Made by a program: the position numbers and the translations under genes
Assembly: GCA_020343615.1 (NCBI GenBank)
Contig: CP070803.1
Location: 469,709 to 530,505 of the forward strand
Reading direction: 5' to 3'
Origin: Candidatus Woesearchaeota archaeon
GTDB taxonomy: Archaea; Nanobdellota; Nanobdellia; UBA10117; GCA-020343615
Length of the DNA: 60,797 bases
Shown here: piece after piece, positions 41,973 to 49,809 of the stretch
How positions within the stretch are numbered: the first letter of the stretch is position 1
Layout: each line of letters begins with the position of its first letter
Notes under the pieces: generated by a model
The model's database searches: none
The model's input: only the letters and a program-made list of their open reading frames with translations
What the model was told of the DNA's origin: nothing

Positions 41973-42467
41973 ATGAATCTCGAAAAAGCTCATTATGTTG
42001 TTGCTACCGCAATTGTAATTAAATATAATAAATATCTAGTTATAAAAAGAGCTCCACATGAAAAAGTTCGACCAAATTACTGGACTGTTCCTGGTGGAAA
42101 GATAGAAAAATCAGACTACATAAACAGGAAAGTAGACATCGGAGTTCATTGGTATAATATTATCGAAGATGTTCTAAGAAGAGAAGTTTTAGAAGAAACT
42201 GGATTGAAAATTAAGAATATAAGGTATCTTACAAGTCTAGTTTTTGTAAGACCTGACAATATTCCGACAATAGTTCTTAGCATGTATGCTGATTATGAGT
42301 CTGGTGAGATTAAACTCGACAAAGACCACACAGATTATGCTTGGGTAACTTTAGAAGAAGCAAAAGACTATAAATTAATCGAAGGAATCTATGAAGAAAT
42401 AGAAATGTTAGACAGAAAACTAAAAGGAGAAGACGTTGATGAGTGGTCTAAATCTAAGAATAAATAA
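41973..42467 (+). CDS. NUDIX hydrolase
   Basis: Nudix box GGKIEKSDYINRK...DVLRREVLEETGL. Confidence 0.85.
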   Translation: MNLEKAHYVVATAIVIKYNKYLVIKRAPHEKVRPNYWTVPGGKIEKSDYINRKVDIGVHWYNIIEDVLRREVLEETGLKIKNIRYLTSLVFVRPDNIPTIVLSMYADYESGEIKLDKDHTDYAWVTLEEAKDYKLIEGIYEEIEMLDRKLKGEDVDEWSKSKNK

Positions 42468-42480
42468 GCTCTGGTTTTAC

Positions 42481-42864
42481 TCAACAATTCACACCATAAG
42501 GAATATTTATCCTATCTACAGATTCTACTTCTTTTTTTATACTTTTTTCATTTTCCTTATAACATGATAAGGCTTTAAAATGCTCTTTAATAGCACTAAT
42601 CACATTTGAATTTCTATTAGTGTAGAATACTTCAGGTACTTTTTCTCCTTCTACATATATGAAACCCATAGTTTCCCATGGATATTTGCTGAAGATTGGT
42701 TCTGTTCTAGAGAATTTTATAGTAGATACATGCACTTTTTCTCCAGGAAATGAACTGAGGTGGAACGCTTTTCGTAGTATCTCTGTAACTATATTCTCTA
42801 AATGTCCTTTCACAGATAATTCTTTTACCATTTTAACCTCTAAGGTATTACCACTATCTAACAA
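42481..42864 (-). CDS. hypothetical protein
   Basis: 127-aa ORF (alternative start at MVKELS). No family recognised. Confidence 0.45.
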   Translation of the reverse strand: MLDSGNTLEVKMVKELSVKGHLENIVTEILRKAFHLSSFPGEKVHVSTIKFSRTEPIFSKYPWETMGFIYVEGEKVPEVFYTNRNSNVISAIKEHFKALSCYKENEKSIKKEVESVDRINIPYGVNC

Positions 42865-42898
42865 TAAGTATATAAAGATTTCTTTGAAGAGAAGAATT

Positions 42899-43207
42899 AT
42901 GAAAAAAGAAGATATTCCGAAGATAGCTAAGTATGAAGTGGGCTGGTGGCAGGCTCATCATAAAAAAGATTGGGATAAAATAGTAGATTTCATGGCTAAA
43001 GAGTATTCTCACTTATATGAGATACCCTACAAAAATGCAGTGAAGTGTGTAAACTATAGAATAAAGGCAGGCAGAGAGCATGATATTGCTGAGAAGTTAG
43101 AAGATGAAGGGAAACCAGAAGAAGCAAAGGTTCATTGGAATAAAGCACTAGGCCATATGGTAAAGCATTTTCAAACACTCTGTGATAAAGTGAATACTAA
43201 AAATTAA
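42899..43207 (+). CDS. hypothetical protein
   Basis: Start trimmed to ATG 42899 (MKKEDIPKIAKYEVGWWQAHHKKDW), because the track ORF's upstream 80 codons are antisense to 42481-42864. Confidence 0.5.
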   Translation: MKKEDIPKIAKYEVGWWQAHHKKDWDKIVDFMAKEYSHLYEIPYKNAVKCVNYRIKAGREHDIAEKLEDEGKPEEAKVHWNKALGHMVKHFQTLCDKVNTKN

Positions 43208-43298
43208 CCTTCATTTAATTATAAATCTCTTTCTATTATTTTACTGTAATCTTTATTTAGAAAATTATAAAAGGAAAATATAGCATATTATTATAAAT

Positions 43299-43934
43299 AT
43301 GACTAAAAAATCTAGAGAGTATGATACCTGGGTTCCTGATATATTTATAAGATACGCTACTAAAAACAGAAAAAAATTCTATAGCCTTGAGTTAGAATTT
43401 GATAGATCTCAGATTGATCAACCTTTTGTTGTATACTTAGGCAGTTTACTTTTTTACTTCCTTATTTTGTGTATGTTCTATCTCCTTGTTATATTTTACA
43501 TATTTAGCAATAGTTTTACAAGTTTTAGGGTAATTGATTTTATCTTATCACTGGGTTTTTTCTTTGTTGTAGCTCCATTATCTTTCTTAGTCTTGTACAG
43601 TCATCCACGTGTGGTAGCTTTCCTAAACAAAATTAGGATAGACCCTGAAATAGAAAAAGTGGCTGAAATTTTTATACAAGAACTTGATAAAGGAAAACCT
43701 TCTACAGAGGTATTTAAAACATTGGCAAGTTCTGATTTGAAGGCAGCTTCAAAAGAATTTAAGTATATTGTTTATCTAATTGAAAAGGAAAGAGTGAGTT
43801 TACTAAAGGCTATTATGACTTGTGCTAAGCAAACTCCTTCAGATAAGTTCAGAGAATTTTTACACGAATTGAATTTAACTATAAGAACTGAAAGTGCTCT
43901 AAGGAGAACCTTAAGAAAATACGCGAAGAGATAA
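43299..43934 (+). CDS. membrane protein with a single T2SS-F (ArlJ/TadC-like) cytoplasmic domain, orphan paralog
   Basis: FKYIVYLIEKERVSLLKAIMTCAKQTPSDKFREFLHELNLTIRTE aligns with AKYIVYLMEERNYGLMNALAKCASITPSQSFKEFILSLVMTIKYG of ORF 55788-56675. It is preceded by two hydrophobic helices. Confidence 0.55.
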   Translation: MTKKSREYDTWVPDIFIRYATKNRKKFYSLELEFDRSQIDQPFVVYLGSLLFYFLILCMFYLLVIFYIFSNSFTSFRVIDFILSLGFFFVVAPLSFLVLYSHPRVVAFLNKIRIDPEIEKVAEIFIQELDKGKPSTEVFKTLASSDLKAASKEFKYIVYLIEKERVSLLKAIMTCAKQTPSDKFREFLHELNLTIRTESALRRTLRKYAKR

Positions 43935-44795
43935 TTAGAATTCTATAGCCGCATAAGAAACTGAATTAGAATATGAGCTTACTACATCCCCAGAAGTATA
44001 GTATTTGAGTAATTTCGCTCCTTTTGAACCTAATTTTTTTGCTAGCGAGATGACTACAGATATGGGAAAAGCACCGCAAATTGTGGCCTCTGTTTTATTA
44101 ACATACTCAACAAATCCTTTAAGGTCTAATTTTTCTATGTATTCTATTGCTTTCTTATCAAGATCGTATATCTTATCTTTAACATTTAGGCCAACAAATG
44201 GTAGGTAACCATAACCTATACCATAATGGGTGAAATCAGAGGAAACTACTATTTTAACATCCTTATCTTTTATCTTGGAATAAATAATCTCTGCAAATTT
44301 TTCCGCTAAGTCTGCATTCAAAGTTGAAGAGAATAATATTGGAACTATCTTAGGTAATTTTAGCTTGTGCTTTTGAGAGAAGTATTGTATAAATGGTAGC
44401 TGAACTTCTAGAGAATGTTCGCTTACATGCGAATCTGGATTTATATCGAATAATTCATCTTGCGCTATTTCCCTACCTAGTTCTCTATCAACCTCTACTT
44501 TTCCTATAGGAGTGGACCAGTCTGAACCTAGCCATATTGAATTAGCTCCTATCATATGAGCTGGTCCTAGTAGAATTAAGGTTTCAGGATATCCTGACTC
44601 TGCTAGAGCTTTGTGAGCATATGCTGCACCAACACCTGAATAAGAATAGCCAGCATGAGGTGAGATTATTCCATGAATATTTCTAGTCTTTAATTCCTCT
44701 CCTGGACCGTCCTTTATACATTTTTTTATTTCAGCTTTTAATTCTTCAGGACTATCAGGATAGAAAGTCCCAGCAACAGCAGGCTCTCTTATCAT
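43935..44795 (-). CDS. MEMO1-family protein (AmmeMemoRadiSam system protein B)
   Basis: MIREPAVAGTFYPDSPEEL...ISPHAGYSYSG...GPAH...SSDFTHYG are characteristic motifs. Confidence 0.85.
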   Translation of the reverse strand: MIREPAVAGTFYPDSPEELKAEIKKCIKDGPGEELKTRNIHGIISPHAGYSYSGVGAAYAHKALAESGYPETLILLGPAHMIGANSIWLGSDWSTPIGKVEVDRELGREIAQDELFDINPDSHVSEHSLEVQLPFIQYFSQKHKLKLPKIVPILFSSTLNADLAEKFAEIIYSKIKDKDVKIVVSSDFTHYGIGYGYLPFVGLNVKDKIYDLDKKAIEYIEKLDLKGFVEYVNKTEATICGAFPISVVISLAKKLGSKGAKLLKYYTSGDVVSSYSNSVSYAAIEF

Positions 44796-45289
44796 AGTAT
44801 GCTCCTTAATTGAGCTCTTACATTCTCAATATCCTTATCAGTTATTTCTTCAAGTTTCTCTTTTATGAAGAGTACAAAATTCTTAGCTTCTGTAACCTCT
44901 TCTAAGATTTTTTCTTTACTTAATGACTCTTTTATGTAATATTGAGCATTTATTCTGTTTTGTTTGGCCTTTTTTAGTTCTTCATGTACATCTTCAGGAA
45001 TTATTCCTGCCTTTACAAATGTCTCTGACAATGCAACCATGCATTCATGTATTTCGCACTTTATACCACATCTTAAAGCAAGAGAATAAAACGCAAAATA
45101 TTCTGTATAATATGCAGCTATAGTAACCCAATTAGATAATCCTTCTTTTAAATGTACATCCATGGCCTGTCTGGATTCCTCTGCTTTTTCAAGGTAAGAT
45201 TTACTCATATTTATGTTAGGCTCTACTAATTTTATACCTCTGTTCTGGTGCAAACACCATTTTATTTCATGAATGTCTGATTCGTTCAT
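44792..45289 (-). CDS. HEPN domain protein (putative toxin of HEPN/MNT pair)
   Basis: All-helical 165 aa. AAYYTEYFAFYSLALRCGI and NRINAQYY fit the HEPN pattern (aYY..h...ALL..G; R..A.Y). Overlaps the upstream MNT gene by 23 nt. Confidence 0.6.
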   Translation of the reverse strand: MNESDIHEIKWCLHQNRGIKLVEPNINMSKSYLEKAEESRQAMDVHLKEGLSNWVTIAAYYTEYFAFYSLALRCGIKCEIHECMVALSETFVKAGIIPEDVHEELKKAKQNRINAQYYIKESLSKEKILEEVTEAKNFVLFIKEKLEEITDKDIENVRAQLRSIL

Positions 45290-45890
45290 AGTACCTCCAT
45301 ATTATATCTACAAATGAACTAGAGTTTTTTAGGATAACATGATTTTTTAATATTTCTAATGCCAAATAATCTTTGGCTCTTAATCCTCTTGAGAACTCAT
45401 CATGCTTAGCAATTTTAACATTTATCTTTAGATTGGTCTTGCTCTCTGTGTCATTAATAAAACTCCTATGTTCTAGTTTTCCTAAAATAAAGATATCTAC
45501 GTCTGAGCTCTTGGTAGCGCCGCCTCCTGCTCTGCTTCCGAATAATATGATGGAAGATTCAGGGGTAACATTCTTTTCAAAATCTCTTAGTATCTCTCGC
45601 ATTATGAAATTATTAGATAAATAACTCACAGAAACATAATGTTCTGCTAAGCAAATGAAATGTTCTGTTAGTAAGTTATCCATGTTAAGGAAAAATTCCT
45701 TGTTCCTCCCCACGAATTCTGAGTTGAAAACCTTTAAGTTCTCGAGTTTCTTTATGTTTAGAGCTATAGTCCTGTGATTTGTCTTGAGTAAAGATGCTAT
45801 TCTTCTCAGATGTATCCTCTTATCATATTGATTTAAGAACAAAGAAATGACTCTTAGTTGGGTCTCATTAATGGATACTTTTTTAACCAT
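45267..45890 (-). CDS. minimal nucleotidyltransferase (MNT) with N-terminal wHTH
   Basis: ILFGSRAGGGATKSSDVDIFILG NTase motif. N-terminal HTH-like IHLRRIASLLKTNHRTIALNIKKLENLKVF. Confidence 0.75.
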   Translation of the reverse strand: MVKKVSINETQLRVISLFLNQYDKRIHLRRIASLLKTNHRTIALNIKKLENLKVFNSEFVGRNKEFFLNMDNLLTEHFICLAEHYVSVSYLSNNFIMREILRDFEKNVTPESSIILFGSRAGGGATKSSDVDIFILGKLEHRSFINDTESKTNLKINVKIAKHDEFSRGLRAKDYLALEILKNHVILKNSSSFVDIIWRYYERIRHS

Positions 45891-45926
45891 ATGGAGTATA
45901 GTTAATCCAGTTATATATAAATCTTT

Positions 45927-47243
45927 CTAAATTGTTGGTAAATATTTATCTCTTTCCCACCTAGTCACATGCATTCTATACTCTTCCCACTCTTTCTTTT
46001 TGATATGTAGGAAATGTTTGAAAACATGTTCGCCTAATACATCCCTAACTAATCCGCTACCCTCCATAAAAGATAAAGCGTGGCTAAGATTATTTGGTAA
46101 GTCTTTTATGCCCAGTTCCTCTTTCTGTTTTTTAGATAAAGTGTATACATTAACTTCTACTTTTTTAGGAGGCTCTATTTTTTCTTGAATACCTTTTAAA
46201 CCAGCTCCTAACATTACTGCGAATTGTAGATAAGGATTTCCAGAACAATCTAATGACCTTAATTCACATCTTGTTCCTTCGCCTCTTGCAGGAGGAATTC
46301 TAACAAGAGCACTCCTATTTTTATCAGCCCAAGAAATATAAGTAGGAGCTTCATAACCCGGTACAAGTCTCTTATATGAATTCACTGTAGGGTTCAAGAC
46401 TGCTGTAATTTCTTTAACATATTTAAGCAAACCTCCAATAAAGTATTCGCCAACTTCACTTAATTCATCTCCTCCATTGAACATATTTTTTCCCTGAGAA
46501 TTAACTAAACATTGGTGTACATGCATTCCGCTTCCAATAAGTCCATGAATCGGTTTAGGCATAAAAGAAGCATGTAAGTTTTGTAAAGAAGCAACCAATT
46601 TAGTCACATATTTTAGAGTTATCACCCAGTCTGCGTTTTTTATAGCTTCTCCGTGTTTCAAGTCTATCTCATGTTGCCCTGTTCCAACTTCATGGTGTGT
46701 TGAATGAACATGAATCTTCATTTTTTCTAGGACTAGGGAAATATCTGCCCGAATATCTTCAGCTAAATCTATATGCGAAAGATCAAAATATCCAGCATAA
46801 TCATTCGGCTCTAGAGTAGGTTTATTATCTGCTTTTTTGAATAAATAGAACTCACATTCCGGACCAGTTAAGTAGTTGTATCCTAATTTCTTAGCCTTTT
46901 CAACGACTCTTTCTAAAGCATATTTAGGATCTCCTAAATACCTTTTTCCATCAGGACAATAAATATCACAATTAAATTTGGCAGCTGCTCTTTCATTCGT
47001 TATCTTAGGTATTATCACAAAACTTTCTGCAATTGGTTTAGCAATGTAATCTGATTCTTCAATTGTAGCATAACCTGCTACAGAGGAGCCATCAAAATTT
47101 ACTCCTTCCTTAAATGCTGATTCTACTGAATCAACGGGAATTGTAATGTTCTTTGGGTGGCCTAAAATATCTACAAATTGGAGCCTAACAAATCTAATTT
47201 TATTTTCTTGAAGTTTTTTAAAAATACTATCTAAAAGGTGCAT
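45927..47243 (-). CDS. glnA: glutamine synthetase, type I
   Basis: FDGSSV, GPECEFYLF, HHEVGTGQHEI, KPIHGLIGSGMHVHQCL, NSYKRLVPGYEAP and ADKNRSALVRIP motifs. Confidence 0.95.
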   Translation of the reverse strand: MHLLDSIFKKLQENKIRFVRLQFVDILGHPKNITIPVDSVESAFKEGVNFDGSSVAGYATIEESDYIAKPIAESFVIIPKITNERAAAKFNCDIYCPDGKRYLGDPKYALERVVEKAKKLGYNYLTGPECEFYLFKKADNKPTLEPNDYAGYFDLSHIDLAEDIRADISLVLEKMKIHVHSTHHEVGTGQHEIDLKHGEAIKNADWVITLKYVTKLVASLQNLHASFMPKPIHGLIGSGMHVHQCLVNSQGKNMFNGGDELSEVGEYFIGGLLKYVKEITAVLNPTVNSYKRLVPGYEAPTYISWADKNRSALVRIPPARGEGTRCELRSLDCSGNPYLQFAVMLGAGLKGIQEKIEPPKKVEVNVYTLSKKQKEELGIKDLPNNLSHALSFMEGSGLVRDVLGEHVFKHFLHIKKKEWEEYRMHVTRWERDKYLPTI

Positions 47244-47274
47244 GATATTCAGTGTTACTACTTATATAAAAAGT

Positions 47275-47880
47275 TTATTCATAGAAAGAATCTATAGAAG
47301 CCTTGATTGTTTTATTCTTAGCAATGTAACCTTTAGCTTTTGCGTATTCGTTAGCTAGAATCCAGTATACTAAACCTAATGCTTTATTACCTCTGTTATT
47401 GCATGGAATTACTAAATCTACACTCTTGAAATCATTATTAGAATCGCACATTGCAATTACAGGAATGCCTACAATCGCTGCATCATTAATTGCATTCTTG
47501 TCAGGCCACGGATCTGTTACAATAATTAATTTTGGTTCAATGTAATTGTCTAAATTAGGATTTGTGGTTACACCTGCTGGATATCTTCCTATAAAATATT
47601 TAACTCCGGGTATTGTTTCTGCGAACTTCTTGACTGCTAACCATCCATTCTCTCTTCGGCATACAATTAGAATGTCTTCAGAATTGTATTGAGATACTAA
47701 TTTAGCAGCTACTGCTAACCTCTCGTTTATCTTCTCTACATTAAGGATTGCTAATTTGTTTTGGTGGACTTTGTAGATAAAATCTTCCATGTCCTTAGTT
47801 CTAGATTTAGTTCCGACTTGGATACCTGCGGATAGATATTCTTTCAATGGGACCAACAGTTCACTTTTTTGAGCTGCCAT
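47275..47880 (-). CDS. rps2: 30S ribosomal protein S2
   Basis: LLVPLKEYLSAGIQVGT...IVTDPWPDKNAINDAAIVGIPVIAMCDSNN...VDLVIPCNNRG matches the archaeal uS2 pattern. Confidence 0.9.
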   Translation of the reverse strand: MAAQKSELLVPLKEYLSAGIQVGTKSRTKDMEDFIYKVHQNKLAILNVEKINERLAVAAKLVSQYNSEDILIVCRRENGWLAVKKFAETIPGVKYFIGRYPAGVTTNPNLDNYIEPKLIIVTDPWPDKNAINDAAIVGIPVIAMCDSNNDFKSVDLVIPCNNRGNKALGLVYWILANEYAKAKGYIAKNKTIKASIDSFYE

Positions 47881-47981
47881 TTTATTTCCATTAATCCTTT
47901 AATTAGAGTATTTAAAGTTTACGTTAATAATGCAAAAAATTAATTTAGAATTAAAAGAAGTTTAAGACTTAAATAAGATCA

Positions 47982-48344
47982 TTAACTTAAGTTATAATAT
48001 TTCGCCTTTAAAAGTTGGATTTCCGCTTTAGGAGTATAATCTATTTTTAGATAAGGAACTGATTTTAAAGTTGTGTAAGGTATACCTACATCATCTATTT
48101 TCTTCCTAATATGATCAAAATTTGGAAAACTAAAATCTAATAATACAACATCTGGTTTTGAGTTAGTATAGTTTTTTGGTTTTCTTTTAATGTCTGTTAA
48201 AAGCCATATAGCATCATCATAATTTGTTGCTTCTAGTATTTCAACTGATTTTTCATCAGTTAAAAAAGAAATTAATTTTTTATGTATTTCAGGATGCTCG
48301 GCTAATAAAAGCACTCTCTCCAAAGTTTTCTTTTCCCTTAGCAT
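47982..48344 (-). CDS. hypothetical protein, possibly a degenerate receiver (CheY-like) domain
   Basis: RVLLLAEH...ATNYDDAIWLL...KPDVVLLDFSFPNF follows the receiver beta1-beta3 layout, but the N-terminal acidic pair is replaced (AEH). Confidence 0.35.
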   Translation of the reverse strand: MLREKKTLERVLLLAEHPEIHKKLISFLTDEKSVEILEATNYDDAIWLLTDIKRKPKNYTNSKPDVVLLDFSFPNFDHIRKKIDDVGIPYTTLKSVPYLKIDYTPKAEIQLLKAKYYNLS

Positions 48345-48404
48345 AGTAAAATATTAAGCAAAGAAATCTTTATATATTTTATTGGTTAGTGGTGATTTGA
48401 GAAA

Positions 48405-48722
48405 ATGGAAAAAACACTAGATAACATAGTAAATAAAATTAAATTTGCAGGTAAGCTTATTGTTGATTATCCTGAGTTTCTTATAGAAAAGAGCGCAAAA
48501 TCAGAAAGGGAGGGATTGTATACTATTGCAATACCTGCTGCTGTTATAACAGAAGGTTGTATCTATGGGGCTATTACTTCTGCATTAGCCAACCCAAATT
48601 TGGGAGGTATAATCACTTTAGACACAATAGGATTTAGGACTTTGGAATCTGTACTACCACTTTTAAGAAAGACCTTGAGATATAAGCCTTATTTCAATGT
48701 GAACAGCAGCAAGACTTACTAA
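48405..48722 (+). CDS. hypothetical protein
   Basis: 105-aa ORF. No family recognised. Confidence 0.4.
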   Translation: MEKTLDNIVNKIKFAGKLIVDYPEFLIEKSAKSEREGLYTIAIPAAVITEGCIYGAITSALANPNLGGIITLDTIGFRTLESVLPLLRKTLRYKPYFNVNSSKTY

Positions 48723-48810
48723 AACCAGAGCTTATTTCTTCTTAGATAAATATTCGAAGCTTTTAAATAAAAAAGATTTAAAAAGGGCACTTAATCATAT
48801 AACAAAAATA

Positions 48811-49026
48811 ATGGGTACAAAAAAATTAGGTTCTGTAGGACGTTTCGGAACCAGATACGGAAGAAAATTAAAGGATAAAGTTCTAGATATAGAGAAAATA
48901 CAGAAGTCTAAACATACATGTCCTCACTGTAAGAAAAAAGGAGGGGTTAAAAGAGTAGCTTCTGGAATTTGGTATTGCAAGAAATGTAATACTAAGTTTA
49001 CAGGAAAAGCTTACAAACCTGAATAA
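48811..49026 (+). CDS. rpl37ae: 50S ribosomal protein L37Ae (eL43)
   Basis: GRFGTRYGRKLKDKV...HTCPHCKKKG.VKRVASGIWYCKKCNTKFTG zinc-ribbon pattern. Confidence 0.9.
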   Translation: MGTKKLGSVGRFGTRYGRKLKDKVLDIEKIQKSKHTCPHCKKKGGVKRVASGIWYCKKCNTKFTGKAYKPE

Positions 49027-49027
49027 A

Positions 49028-49168
49028 ATGGTAATATACAAATGTCCTAATTGTAAGAATGATATTGAAGGTGAACAAATACTTAGAAGAGTTATTTGTC
49101 CGCATTGCGGTTCTAGAATTGTAATGAAAAGCAGACCCAAGACAATAAAGAAAGTAAAAGCACGATGA
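49028..49168 (+). CDS. rpoP: DNA-directed RNA polymerase subunit P (Rpo12)
   Basis: 46-aa ORF missed by the track: MVIYKCPNCKNDIEGEQILRRVICPHCGSRIVMKSRPKTIKKVKAR (CxxC...CxxCG zinc ribbon + K.RP). It starts 1 nt after the rpl37ae stop and has an ATGA overlap with the next gene. This is the conserved superoperon position. Confidence 0.85.
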   Translation: MVIYKCPNCKNDIEGEQILRRVICPHCGSRIVMKSRPKTIKKVKAR

Positions 49169-49404
49169 ATTTTAATTCAGAAATAAGAATAAAAGGAAAT
49201 AAAACAGATTTAGAGCCCTATTATTCTGCTCTAAAACCTGAAGAGGAAGAAACTAACAGGGCAAAGTATACAGTTGAGATTAAACCAAAAGAGTTATTAA
49301 TAAAAATTGAGGCAAAAGATAGTACAGCCCTAAGGGCTATGATCAACTCCATAACTGGAATAATTTCAATTGTGGATAAGACCAAAAATGGCAGATTTAG
49401 ATAA
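49165..49404 (+). CDS. pcc1: KEOPS complex subunit Pcc1
   Basis: ELLIKIEAKDSTALRAMINSITGIISIVDKT matches the archaeal Pcc1 pattern (I.A.DS.ALR...NS). It lies between rpoP and prefoldin beta, as in the conserved superoperon. Confidence 0.8.
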   Translation: MNFNSEIRIKGNKTDLEPYYSALKPEEEETNRAKYTVEIKPKELLIKIEAKDSTALRAMINSITGIISIVDKTKNGRFR

Positions 49405-49723
49405 GAAAGCTCAGGAAGAATTAGCTCAATTACAGTTAATACAACAACAATTGCAAATATTAGTGTCTCAGAAGCAAGTTTTACAGCAAAGAAGCAATGA
49501 AATAGAAGATACTCTTAAAGAACTGGACAAAGCCAAAGAGCCAGTGTATAAACTAGTTGGCGAAGCTCTGATTCAGAAAGACAAGAAAGAAATAATCACA
49601 GACCTGAAAAAAGAGAAAGATAAAATGGAAATCAGATTAAAGAGCGTAGAAACACAGGAAAATAAGATTAGAGACAAAGCCAAGGAATTACAAGAAAAAG
49701 TAACTAAAGAGCTTAAGAAATAA
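49388..49723 (+). CDS. pfdB: prefoldin beta subunit
   Basis: Start at ATG 49388 (MADLDKKAQEELAQLQLIQQQLQIL...). The layout is two coiled-coil arms flanking a beta-hairpin region (PVYKLVGEALIQKDK). Confidence 0.85.
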   Translation: MADLDKKAQEELAQLQLIQQQLQILVSQKQVLQQRSNEIEDTLKELDKAKEPVYKLVGEALIQKDKKEIITDLKKEKDKMEIRLKSVETQENKIRDKAKELQEKVTKELKK

Positions 49724-49764
49724 CTTTTTCTATTATTCTAAAACAAAATATTTTTAAAGGTAAA

Positions 49765-49799
49765 ATGTGCATTGTTGCATATGCATTATTGCATATGCA
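49765..49799 (+). promoter_or_regulatory. operator-like array ATGTGCA-N4-TGCATATGCA-N4-TGCATATGCA between TATA box and start of the HTH-FIST gene
   Basis: The perfect 10-bp palindrome TGCATATGCA occurs at 49776-49785 and 49790-49799. A TATA-like ATATTTTTAAAGG lies at 49748-49760, and the GTG start is at 49810. Confidence 0.5.
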
Positions 49800-49809
49800 T
49801 TAAAACCAG

